Shown one piece after another: positions 13,930 to 27,845 of a DNA stretch of 64,000 bases; the first letter of the stretch is position 1, and the number at the start of each line of letters is the position of its first letter. Under the pieces are notes generated by a model. That model was not told the origin of the DNA. It searched no databases and was given only the letters and a program-made list of their open reading frames with translations. A program made the position numbers and the translations under genes. Source of the stretch: Octopus vulgaris (Eukaryota); assembly GCA_951406725.2 (NCBI GenBank), contig OX597820.1, positions 76,446,001 through 76,510,000 on the forward strand, given 5' to 3'.

Positions 13930-13930
<1 letters not shown>
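12690..13930 (+). mobile_element. R4/Dong-like restriction-endonuclease (RLE) LINE, 3' part with (AAT)n tail
   Basis: HFLFKDDLKVYG (RT), CKICGQNGETIWHITSQC (CCHC), KSDIVLIEK..IIDIACP (RLE) and LQKTALLGTARIL, followed by (AAT)n. Confidence 0.9.
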
Positions 13931-14010
<80 letters not shown>

Positions 14011-14709
14011 TAATAATAATATTTTCTACTATAGGTACAAAGCCTGAAATTTGGGGAAGAGGCCCACTCGATTAGTTCGACCCCAGTATGCAACTGGTAC
14101 TTAATTTATTGACCTCCAGAAGGATGAAGGCAAAATCGACTTCCGCAGAATATAAACTCAGAACATAGCGGCAGACGAAATACCGCTACGCATTTCGCCC
14201 GGCGAAGTAACGATTCTGCTAGTCCCAAGCAGTAGCTCTCATGGCTTCTGATCTTAACTGATTGGATGTGTCATCATGTACATTATTTTGTCTTGGTATA
14301 AAAGATGGACTACAGCAAATATTCTGCTAAATACCACAGATGTGCTTGTCAATTGTTTGACCTTAACCAGATGAGCATGCCCCTTAAAGTCTGACGATAT
14401 GTTTATCTCTAATCACGCGCAGTAGTGGGGGAGCATCATAACAATCTGACGAGAGGAAATTTTGGGGCTTGAATAATTCAACTCTGGAAATATGGGTGTT
14501 TCGTTTAACATCCTTAAATATGAAGTAACAAGGAACCGGTATTAGCATGTACCAAGTAAATTTATGCAGGATGATGGAAAGGCCTTGCACAAAAAGAATA
14601 CAAGCGCCGCCACGATAAAGTGTGTGTGTATCTTCATTGGCTCTTATGCCGTAAATACCAATATGAAGTAACAGAGAACTGGTATGAACATGTACCATGT
14701 AAAGTTATG

Positions 14710-15150
14710 TAGGAGGATGGAAAAGTAACGATGATTTTCAGAGGGATCGTGTAATCGAACACCGTCCACCGGATATTGTCATACTGAATAAGAGAAATAA
14801 ATACTGAGAGATGATTGATGCAGCCATACCAAATGAATGTTGTGAATAGGGGTTGAAAAGAAAATCACCAAGTACTCCGAATTGGAAGTGGAAATGGCAA
14901 GACTGTATGGAATGTGAGAGGATAATGTAAAAGTGATACCAGTGGTAATCGGAACGTTGGGGTCAATCCCATTGAAACTTCAAAACTTCTTAAGGTAACT
15001 GGAAATCCCATGCGAGATTGATTTCTTGCAACAAGAAGCCTTATTGGGCACAGCACACATCTTAAAGAAAGTATTATCTGTCTCAGGTCCTTGTGATTTG
15101 ACAGATGACTAAGACTCCGGTGCTTTTTACCTACACTGTGTTACGAAGGA
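14710..15150 (+). mobile_element. R4/Dong-like RLE LINE 3' fragment
   Basis: HRPPDIVIL..MIDAAIP..PVVIGTLG..LLGTAHILKKVL, then (AAT)n to about 15405. Confidence 0.85.
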
Positions 15151-15162
15151 ATAATAATAATG

Positions 15163-15217
<55 letters not shown>

Positions 15218-15320
15218 TAATAATAATAATAATAAATAATAATAATAATAATAGTAACAACAACAACAACAATAATAATAATAATAAATAATAATAATAA
15301 TAGTAATAATAAATAATAAC

Positions 15321-15403
<83 letters not shown>

Positions 15404-15899
15404 TAAACTCTTAATGTGTGTATTATATTTTATATATTGTGTATGCTGGGTCCTTCGAACACCCAACAATTTCCTAACCGACAGGCTTGTTATCAACATC
15501 TTTTAAGCAATGTAGTGTATAGCAATATGTCTAAACTTGTAATTTATCTGAGAGATGATAATTGCTTCATTTAACAAATAACAAGGAAACCTTTGAAACC
15601 GTTTACCCATGCGTGTGGAAAGGTTTGTTTTATGGTCTAGAACACTTATAAATCTGAACTAATTAACAACACATATGAAATAAGAAACCAGATAATTTAT
15701 TTTAATGAACATTTTGGCAGTTTTTCAATGTTAAACTATACACTTTTCCCCAAACAAATGGAGATAAGAACTCAATTCTCACACCTTGTCTGTTTGTTTG
15801 TGTGTGTGTGTGTGTGTGTCTACGTGAGACAGTTATCATCTGAAAAGATGAAGCAGTCAGCTTCCACATATATGTAACTCTTTAACTCTTTTACTAGTT

Positions 15900-16220
15900 T
15901 CAGATCGAGAGTTGCGGCCATGTTGAGGCACCATTGTTAACTTTGCCACACCTTCACTACATGAAACCGCCTCTGGTATGTGGCGTTTGGTTAATGAGGA
16001 AGTTTGATGTTGCTGTTCTGATCTGCATTACCTGCCGCATGGTAAGCTCATCTGGAATCCTTGAAAGAAGATCCAGTCTCGTTTTGTAGTCGTCGATATC
16101 CACCTCGTGTAGGTCTCTCAGGCTTTTCGGAGGATATTGAAGATCTTTTCGTACTTGAAATTCAAGCTGTTGCAGTATCTGGTCCTGTAACTCGATGGCA
16201 GTGTTAGTATATCCGGCACC
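15900..16220 (-). mobile_element. CR1-group LINE 3' fragment
   Basis: PSSYRTRYCNSLNFK..IFNIL / LRDLHEVDIDDYKTRLD, homologous to the C-terminus encoded at about 8560-8715. Confidence 0.8.
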
Positions 16221-16221
16221 G

Positions 16222-16316
<95 letters not shown>

Positions 16317-16734
16317 TATATTATACTGAAAATATACTTTCAACTCCAAAAATAAGAACGTCCGGTGTCAGTAGACCAGACTAATTCAAATGACGTTGTA
16401 ATCCACTAAGAGAACCTTTCGTTTATAAAATTTTAGTCTCGTCAGACGATACAGAGCAACGCAGCAGGTATGCATTTTATTAATCACTGAAATAGGGTGA
16501 TTCATGTGGCGCAGGAAACGCTTGCTACCGAATGGGTTCCACGAAAGGCTCCCAAGTATCAAGTGATAATATGAAACTGGGTACAGAATTATGTATATCA
16601 CTTAAGTGAGTCACGGGAAGTAAAATCTGAATGTCCTTAGAAGGACGCCATTTTATAATACATTCAGTTTCTGGTAAAGTTTATCAATCGCTTAATTGCT
16701 CTTTGACTGATTGATTGACTGATACATTTACACT

Positions 16735-17155
16735 CTGTCACTCACTCATTCAAACACTCACTCACTCACTCTCTCACATATTATCTCATTCACCAACTCG
16801 CTCACTCACTCGCTCACTCATTCACATGCTCACTCACTCACTCACTCATTCACTCACTCATTAACACTCACCCACTCACCCACCTACCCACTTACTCACC
16901 CCCATCTCTCACTCGCTCACTCACTCACATGCTCACATGCTCACTCACTCATTCCATCACTCACTCATTCCATCACTCACACACTCATTCACTCACTCAC
17001 TCACTCACTCGCTTGCTCACTCACATGCTCACACACTCAATCACTTCATCACTCACTCACTTCATCACTCACTCACTTCATCACTCACTCACTCCATCAT
17101 CACTCACTCACGCACTCACTCACTCATTAACTCACTCACTCGCTGGCTCACTCAA
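16735..17155. repeat. Degenerate (CACT)n tetranucleotide array
   Basis: Direct inspection. Confidence 0.9.
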
Positions 17156-18117
17156 TTATTCTCCGACATACGAGGGAGCACAATCTGGAATATGGTCACA
17201 TGTATGGCCGAAATATCATATATCAGTACTTCTTATGCTAGTATAGGAAATGTAATATTCATATCTAAATCTAACTGACTACAAGATTACATATTTTGAC
17301 AAAGATTTTAAATTCCTCTTAAAGACGTCCCTATGTGTATGAACGATATATAAAAGCACATAGAGACAGGAACAACACACACTATACATATTCCCACACA
17401 TAAATATATAAACACAAACGCAAAAAAGGTTAGACAGAGTCATAGACGTATACAAATGAGCTTATATGGTTTTAGTTGCACACGTAGACAAATTTATCCA
17501 TTAAATAAACGCATACATATACATAGAAACACACGCAAGCATACACATATATTTGTACGCACACACAAATGCAGAGACATTGAGGAAATCATAGAGATAC
17601 ATTAATGTATATGTTCTGTATTTAGAATCATAATTTAATATATATAATAATAATATAATACATCTATTTTCTCATTTTACAGAAGAATGTGAAGATTACG
17701 CTAGAGATATAAAGCACGTCTTTTTAAGACTACATGTAGTTCGCCAAGTGCGGTAGAGTAATATCATGTTGGGCGGATTATATCCTTAGAGAAAAGATTA
17801 AACAAGACTAGGAAACTAAAAACAGAAATAAATGTGTAGAATATAATCTTTTTTCAAAATAAATATATAAAAAATAATAATAAAATAAATAATTCACGAA
17901 ATATTAAGTAAGAATAAAACAAGAGGAATAATATAGCTGATAGCATTAATACAAAAACACATACATATGCTGATATGCATACATACATACGCGTATATAC
18001 ATATATGATATATACTCATACACACATACGAATAGTTACATACAAGCATACATACATACATACATACACATATATGTATATATATATATACATACACACA
18101 CACACATATATATATAT

Positions 18118-18150
<33 letters not shown>

Positions 18151-18243
18151 TGTTTGTATTTTCTTCTAATAGTAAAAACTGCATATGCGAGACAATATGC
18201 ATACCTACATATTTAGATGTCTATATATGTACATATGTATATA

Positions 18244-18361
<118 letters not shown>

Positions 18362-18770
18362 AAACATCATATATAATTCACAGTATTAGAGATAAGTGAT
18401 ATACATACGTGTTCACCAGTCCCATATACGCACTCAGAAAATACAAACACACACACACACACACACACACATACACACGCACACACACACACAAACGTAT
18501 GGATGTACGGGGTGGATGGAGGGATGATTTATTATTTATTTTGTTTCCATGTATCAGAGTAGATAATAAGTAAACTTGCAATGATCGTTTAAGATAACAC
18601 GTTTTCAATATTAGTTATTGAACATCAGCTCCAAAAAGGTGAACGCAGTGTTATGTGGATATGCGTGTATAACATTCGCACATATGTATACATACAAACA
18701 TACATTCAATTATATACGTATATGTATAAACTAAATTTGTTTCTCCATTTTCTTATTTGTATTATATATA

Positions 18771-20270
<1,500 letters not shown>

Positions 20271-20554
20271 ACACACACACACACATACAAAGATGAATTG
20301 ATAGATACAACTGAGTGGGCAAACAAAAATATGAGAAAAAGCCTAGTGCTTTTTTATGTTGATAAACCTGCTACTTATTCTATTAGTTTGTTCTTGTGAA
20401 ACCAGTAAGTTATGTGGATGTAAATAAATGAACAGCAGTTGTGAAGCAGTGATGAGGGCGAAACACAGAGACAAAGACACACACATACACTTACATATAT
20501 ACATACATATACGATTGATTTGTTTCAGTTCCTGTCTACGAAATCCATATATAA

Positions 20555-23213
20555 TGTTGTTGCCATCCTTTTTGTCTCGGGAGACAATGGAGTTGCACAT
20601 AAAATAATCTAGTCCGGCTTTTACATTTCATGTCCTAATACATCTCCTGCTGTGGCTGTGTAGTACTATCCTGGACAAACACTCCCTCTGGCAGGTGCCG
20701 CAAATGTAGCAAAGACTTTGCCTGGCTGGTTGTAATGTCATAGTTTCTTGTTGACGTCTTTTCTTGTCTTTCCATTTCTCCTCTCTCTCTACGTCACTCC
20801 TTTGTGTTCCCTCTTTTACGATACGTCGCCAATCTCCACGGTTGCTGGCAACTGCTTCCCAGTTGGTAATATTGATGTTGCAGGCATTCATGTCCCTTTT
20901 GCAAACATCCTTGTATCGTAAGAACGGTCTTCCCACAGACCTAGTGTCCCTAGCAAGCTCTCCGTTGAGTATGTCCTTGGGGATTCTGCCATCTTCCATA
21001 CGGCTAACATGTCCAAGCCATCTCATACGTCTTTGTGAGAGGAGTGCAAACATGCTTGGTATTCCTGCTTGATTGAGGACATCTTTGTTGGGGACATGAT
21101 TCTGCCATTTGATGCGAAGGATTTTCCGGAGGCTGCGCAGGTGAAAGATATTTAGGCGACGTATGGCGTCGTATGGCGTGTGTATGGCGTCCAAGTCTCA
21201 CTTCCATACACTAAAGTGCTAAGTACACATGCCTGATAAATCTTCATTTTTGTGGTCTTGGTCAGCTTATTGCTGTCCCATGCCTGTTTGGAGAGTTGGG
21301 CCATCACAGCAGCTATCTTGCCAATGCGCATATTGAGCTCAGCATCAAGGGATAGGTTGTAGGTGACGGCAGAGCCAAGATAGGTAAACTTCTCTACCTC
21401 CTGTAGTCTGTGGTCTCCAATATGTATGTTTGGGATGTCCGATGTAGCCTGACGCATGATGTTGGTCTTCTTGCGGCTGATAACTAAGTCAAAGTTGCTA
21501 CATACTTGCTCAAAACAGTTGATGAGCCTTTGTATAGCTTCATCATCAGCAAATAGCATCTCCTTGATCAGGACGCTTCTGATCTTGGTCTTGGCACGGA
21601 GACGCGAGAGATTGAACAGTTTCCCATCACTTCTACTGTGCAGAAACACTCCATCATCTGATGTCTCAAAGGCATGTGACAGCAGCAGCGAGAAGATGCC
21701 AAATAATATTGGACAAGGACACAACCTTGCTTTACCCCGTTTTTTATTTGGAAGCCGGCTGATGTTGAACTATTGTGCTGTATGGTGCCTTGCATATCAT
21801 CATGGAAACATTTGATGATCCTCAGCAGCTTTGGTGGACATCCGATTTTTGGAGCAGGATGAAGAAGCCTTTTCTACTTACCAACTCAAAGGCCTTTGTC
21901 CGATCAATGAAGGCCATATATAATGGCATTTTCTGCTCTCTGGACTTCTCCTGAAGTTGGCGTATGGAGAATATCATGTCAATAGTTGATCTGCTTCTTG
22001 TAAAGCCACACTGCGATTCTGGATAAATTCGAGAAGCAAGCAGTTGCAGCCTGGACAGGATAATGCGAGCAAAGGCTTTCCCAACAGTGCTTAGAAGAGA
22101 TATTCCACGATAATTGTTACAATCACCACGGTCACCTTTGTTTTTGTAAAGCGTAATGATGTTAGCATCCCGCATATACTGAGGGACTGTACCCTCTTCC
22201 CAGCACTGACACAGAAGCTCATGAATGTGCCGAAGCAGGATGGTGTTTTTGCCGGTTTTTATGATCTCTAAGGGGATGCCGTCTTTTCCCGAAGCCTTGT
22301 TACTTGCTAGGGAGTCAATAGACTTGGTGAGCTCTGCTATAGATGGCAGACTGTCAAGTTCACACATGACTGACAAGATCTTAACACCCTCGATTGCAGC
22401 CTCAGCTACCGTGGTCTTTCATGAGTAGAGATCCTGGTAGTACTCCACCCATCTATCCATTTGCTTGCTTTGGTCCTTGATGAAATCTCCAGTAGTTGAT
22501 TTCAGAGGGGTTGACTTGGTTGCGGATGGACCGAGGGCCTTCTTCAAACCGGCATACATCCCACGGGTGTCGCCACTGTCAGCAGCTGACTGGATACTTT
22601 GACAGATTTCCTGCCAATACCTATTTGCACAGCGTCTGGCATTCGGTTGGGTTTTATTTCTTGCCTATCTGAGTTCTTCGAATCACTCTTGTATTGCATC
22701 AGACCTGCACGCTTTGTTTCGATAAATGTTTCCAGCCCTGAAAGCCCAGCACTGAACAAAATCTGGGTTTTACCTTTCTCTCATGCCGAAAGTATCTATT
22801 GATGTGGTATCAGCTTCCCTGATATAATTCCACCTACTGAGGACAACTTTGATAGAAACAGCAAAACAATTCCGCAGTGTAGGGCCCGAGGTTCTGGCAG
22901 TGTTAATGCGTGGTCGGCCCATTTTCTTGGAGTGATGGACTTTTTTAGGCAGAATCCTCCCCCTGCTTCTTAGTAAATGATCTGTGTCTCAATCCACGCT
23001 GTGGTAACTACGGGTCAGTTGAACAGAATAAAGGAAGGATCTTTGTGCAATGATGAGATCCAGCTGATGCCAGTGGTGAGATCCTGGATGTCTCCAAGAT
23101 GCCTTGTGGGATGTCCTTTTGGCAAAGAATGCGTTAGTGATGCACAGGTTAGGGTATGTGAAAAATTCAAGTACTCTCTGACCATTGTCATTCATGATGC
23201 CAATACCAAAACA
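20555..23213 (-). mobile_element. RTE (BovB-like) LINE, 5'-truncated, disrupted ORF2
   Basis: APE remnant (SWRHPGSHHWHQLDLII), RT motifs (NYRGISLLSTVGK, PESQCGF, GVKQGCVL, EMLFADD), RMRWLGHVSRMEDGRIPK, C-terminal CxxC...HxxxC, and an RTE-type 3' end CTCCATTGTCTC..GAGAC..GGATGGCAACAAC. Confidence 0.95.
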
Positions 23214-23274
23214 CATGCACCTACATATATACATATATATACGATTGATTCGTTTCAGTTCCTGTCCACGAATT

Positions 23275-23329
<55 letters not shown>

Positions 23330-23330
<1 letters not shown>

Positions 23331-23640
23331 CGGGAAGCTTTATGAAAATAGACAAAAGACGAAGGCAGGTGGAAAACAAACAAACAATTGTATTAGTATG
23401 GCGCTCAGGAAATATAAATAAAACAAGTCTTTAACGTTTCGAGCCTACGCTCTTCAACAGAAAGATACACAGAGAGAAAAAAAACACCGAAAGAAGGAGA
23501 GAAAAAAATGCGTGCAGTAACTAACGAATCAACATGGCGATCTGATTTCGGCCAGAGGTCAAAGATCAAACATGAGACGCGAGAGCGAAATAAGGGGAGA
23601 TAATAGGGTTGATAATAGGGTTGAATGACCCTAGGATAGG
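23330..23640 (-). mobile_element. (TA)n-adjacent non-autonomous element carrying hammerhead H2; relative at 55375-55905
   Basis: AAAAGACGAA..CAGGTGG..AAACA..TGTATTAGT..CGCT..GGA..GTCTTTAACGTTTCGAGCCTACG is shared between 23350-23460 and 55400-55500. Confidence 0.65.
23428..23465 (-). ncRNA. Minimal hammerhead variant (family H2)
   Basis: UCUUU-CUGUUGA-A-GAGC(GUAG)GCUC-GAAAC-GUU-AAAGA. Perfect stems I and II, ACGU palindrome, non-canonical U at core position 6. Confidence 0.65.
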
Positions 23641-23902
23641 TCTGGACAGGCGTATGTATGGGGTTGGTGTATGTATTAGTATGTATAGTATGTATTAGTA
23701 CGTATTAGTATGTATAAGTGTGTGTGTGTGTGTATGAGAGAGTATAAGTGCGTATGAGGGGTCTGGACGTGTGTATGTATAGGGTTGGTGTATGTATTAG
23801 TATGTATTAGTATGTATTAGTACGTATTAGTATGTATTAGTTGGTGTATGTATTAGTATGGCACATCATATATGATGTGATGTGTAAAGTCGTGTGGTGT
23901 AG

Positions 23903-24130
23903 TGAGGAGAAGAGGGGGAGGGGGAGAAGAGGGGGAGAAGGGGAGGGGAAGAAGAGGGGGAGGAGAGGGTGGAAGAGGAGAGGAGGGGGAGGAGGAGGGG
24001 GAGGAGGGGGGAGGAGGGGGAGGAAGGAGGAAAGAGGGGAGGGGGAGAGAGAAGGGAAGTGAGGGAGCAGAGGGAAGAGGGAAGGAGGGAGGGAGAAAGA
24101 GGGAAGAAAGGAAGGGGAGTAGGGGTGAAA
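23903..24130 (+). repeat. Polypurine G/A tract
   Basis: About 230 nt almost exclusively G and A, with many G3-G5 runs. Confidence 0.9.
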
Positions 24131-24639
24131 GGATGAAGGACTGAAGAAGTAGGGGTCGGGAATGTATATATATATACACACACACACACACACAAAGATA
24201 AATTGATAGATACAAGTGGGTGGGCAAAAAAAATATGAGAGACACTGCCTAGAGCATTTTAAAAAAAATTTTGATAAGCCTGGTACTTATTCTATCAGTT
24301 TCTTCTTGTGAAACCAGTAAGTTATGGGAATGTAAATAAACGAACACCAGTTGTGGAGCAGTGATGAGGGAGAAACACAAAGACACACACATAAACTTAC
24401 ATATATTCATACATATACATACAATTGATTTCTTTCGGTTTCTGTCTCCAAAATCCACTGACAAGCCTTTGGTTGGTCTGAGGCGATAGCGGAAGACACA
24501 TGCCAAGTTACCACACAGTGGGACTGAACTGAGGACTACGTGTTTTGGAACAAAGTTTGTTACCACACAGCCACACCTGCACCTATGTATGTGTGTGTGT
24601 GTGTGTATGTGGATGGGTTGGTGGATCAGTGTGTGTATG

Positions 24640-24814
24640 TGGGTATGGATGTATATATGTATGCATCTATATATGTGTATATATATATGTACATATTACA
24701 TGTACATCTATATATACATCTAGACATACATGTATATCTATAGAAATACATCTATACATATACATGTATACATATACAGCTATACCTATACATGTATACA
24801 TCTACATATATACT

Positions 24815-24865
<51 letters not shown>

Positions 24866-25091
24866 CCATATATATATACATATATATACATATATATATA
24901 TACATGTATGTATATATATCCATATATATATTCATGTATGTATATATATCCATATATATATATATATATAAATGTATGTATATATATCCACATATATACA
25001 TGTATGTATATATATCCATATATATATACATGTATATATATATATATACATGTATGTATATATATATCCATATATATACCTGTATATATAT

Positions 25092-25145
<54 letters not shown>

Positions 25146-25185
25146 ATCCATATATATTTCCATATATATACATCCATATACATAT
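24640..25185. repeat. Large compound (TA)n/(TACA)n microsatellite. Other long tracts: 378-445, 4054-4232, 5503-5640, 12040-12400, 13930-14020, 15150-15405, 16226-16311, 18240-18358, 33350-33425, 41335-41465, 43575-43775, 48560-48676, 54710-54842, 61468-61614
   Basis: Direct inspection. These tracts generate the poly-YI, poly-I, poly-L and poly-CV pseudo-ORFs in the ORF track. Confidence 0.95.
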
Positions 25186-25192
25186 AATAGGT

Positions 25193-25490
25193 GGAGGCGC
25201 AATGGCCCAGTGGTTAGGGCAGTGGACTCGCGGTCGTAGGATCGCGGTTTTGATTCCCAGACAGGGCGTTGTGAGTGTTTATTGAGCGAAAACACTTAAG
25301 AGCTCCACGAGACTCCGGCAGGGGATGGTCATCCCTGCTGTAGTCTTTCAACACTCTTTCTCTCACTCTATCTTCTGTTGGCCTGCTCGCTTAGCCAGCG
25401 GAGTGGCGTCATTCAGAGGCTAAAACAATGCGAACGCATTGTGACAAGCGATGTGTAACAACATCTGATGGTTTGGTCGGTCACGTGGTC
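25193..25490 (+). mobile_element. tRNA-derived SINE (family C); related minus-strand fragment at 1-58
   Basis: A box TGGCCCAGTGG and a B-box-like GGTTTTGATTCC, followed by TTGAGCGAAAACACT. Confidence 0.7.
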
Positions 25491-25491
25491 A

Positions 25492-25727
25492 CTAGAGATG
25501 CTTTTGTTTCACTTTTAACACGTAATGCTGAAATAGCGGAAAAGATATGATATTGCTGTGGGCTCGCCCTAGGCAAGAATTTAAACATTTTTCTTGCCCA
25601 AGACACTACATCGACCCTAAGTAAGGCATGTGTAAAATTTGAATGTAATTGGTTGTGTAGTTCTTAAATTTTAGGGATTCACACATACAGACAGACAGAC
25701 ACACATTCTCAGTTTCATATATATAGA
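25492..25727 (-). mobile_element. Short Helitron-like MITE
   Basis: ACTAG at the left end and (CAGA)n + TATATAGAT at the right end, as in 2736-3102. No terminal hairpin evident. Confidence 0.4.
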
Positions 25728-26369
25728 TATCTCATATATATCTTATATCCGGGTATATATCTATACAGATACATACACACGCACAGATATTTATATATTT
25801 ACTTATACAGATATATATACATATGTATGTAATAATATATGCGCACATGTATTTATATGGAAAAGCATTATATATGCGGCTGTGTGGTAAATAGCTTTGT
25901 TACGGGTTCAGTCCCACTGCATGTCACGTTGGGCAAGTGTCTTCTTCTATAGCCTTTGGCTGACCAAAGCCTTGTGAGTCGATTTGGCAGACAGAAATTG
26001 AAAGAAGCTCGTCATATATATATATATATATATATAATTATATATATATGTATGTGTGTCTATATGTTTGTATGTCTGTGTTTGTCCCCACCCCCCAACA
26101 TCGTTTGGCAACCGATGCTGCTGTGTCTACATCCCCGCGTAGCGGTTCGGCAAAAAAGGCCGATAGAATAAGTACTAGGCTTACAAAGAATAAGTCCTGG
26201 GGTCGATTTGCTCGACTAAACGCGGTGCTCCAGCATGACCGCAGTCAAATGACTGAATGAAGAGAAAAAGGGAAAGAAAAGAAAAAAGAATATAGAATAT
26301 GTATACACACTTACATTTATATATTTATGTATGTATATATATCTCCTCTCTCTCTCTCTCTCTCTCTCT

Positions 26370-26446
<77 letters not shown>

Positions 26447-26938
26447 TAGATATATATATATATATACATACTACTACTGCCGCCGCTGCTGCTGTCTTAT
26501 TCAATAATAATACTTATTAGTTTTGTCACTATTTATAATAAATGTTACTCGTGTGCTGTCTTGTTTGTTCAGAACCTTCTGATGTTTATCAAACACGATG
26601 TTGTTGTACGATTATGAATTCCGTGCATTTTACTCGTTTGCTCGTTGCAATAACATTTTCAGTTACGAGAAAATAAGAAAGGAAATATTAGAAACTGCAG
26701 CTTATAAATATTCATTCGTTTAAAACAATATTACTGCGCAGTATTTCCATGTTATTTCTCACAGGAATGCACGTGTAAAATCGTGTTTATCCAAGTATAT
26801 ATATATATATATATAATCGTAAATGCACAAAAAGGCAAACACACGTAGGATCACACATACAGACGCACTCACACGACAAATATGTGTGTGCGCGATTGAG
26901 TGTCTCTGTATGTATTTTATGCATATCTGTGTGTGTGT

Positions 26939-27001
<63 letters not shown>

Positions 27002-27431
27002 AGAGAAAGAGAAAAGAATCCTCCGTCGGTTTCGAAGTTGTATGCTTCAGTGTTCTGATCAGCGAGTCTACTAACTTATATTAATATCGGTTTCAAATCT
27101 TGGCCCACAGCCTGCATGTTTCGGGGAGTAAGTAAGTCGATTACATCAACCCCAGTGCCTAACTGGTACTTACTTTATCGACCCTAAAGGGATAAATGGC
27201 AAAGTCACCTTTGTCGGAATTTGAACTCAGGACATAAAAGACGGGCAGATTGCCGCTAAGCATTTGTGTGACGTGCTAACGATTCGGCCAGTTCGTCTCC
27301 TTGAAGATGTAGTAATACTGTCACTGGTCTCACATTTTGACACAAGGCTAGTAATTCTGGGGGAGAAGGTAAGTCGGTTAAACCGACACCAGTGCTCGAC
27401 TGGTACTTATTTTATCGACCCCAGCGCGCTA

Positions 27432-27845
27432 ATGTTGGTGTGTGTGTGTTGATCTATGTGTGTGTGTACGTGGGTGTATATGTGTGTGTGTGTTGATGTG
27501 TATGTGTGTGTGTGTCAGTGCATGTGCGTGTGTTGGAGCATGTGTGTTGGTGTATGTATGTGTGTTGGTGTATGTGTGTGTGTTGGTGTATGTGTGTGTG
27601 TTGGTGTATGTATGTGTGTGTGTTGGTGTATGTGTGTGTGTTGGTGTATGTGTGTGTGTTTGTGTATATTTGTGTGGTTGTGTGTGTGTGTTGGTGTATG
27701 TACGTATGTTGGTGTATGTGTGTTTGTGTTGGTGTATGTGTGTGTTGACGTGTGTGTGTGTTGGTGTATGTATGCGTGTACTTGTGTATGTATGTATATG
27801 TGTGTTGGTGTGTACGTGAATGTTTTTGTTTGTGTCCGTGTGCAC
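27432..27845. repeat. (GT)n-derived minisatellite with a GTGTTGGTGTATGT unit
   Basis: Direct inspection. Confidence 0.85.

Noticed and set aside
16410-16450. Minus-strand CUGACGA...GAAA hammerhead-like spacing
   Set aside because: No convincing stem I or stem II pairing.
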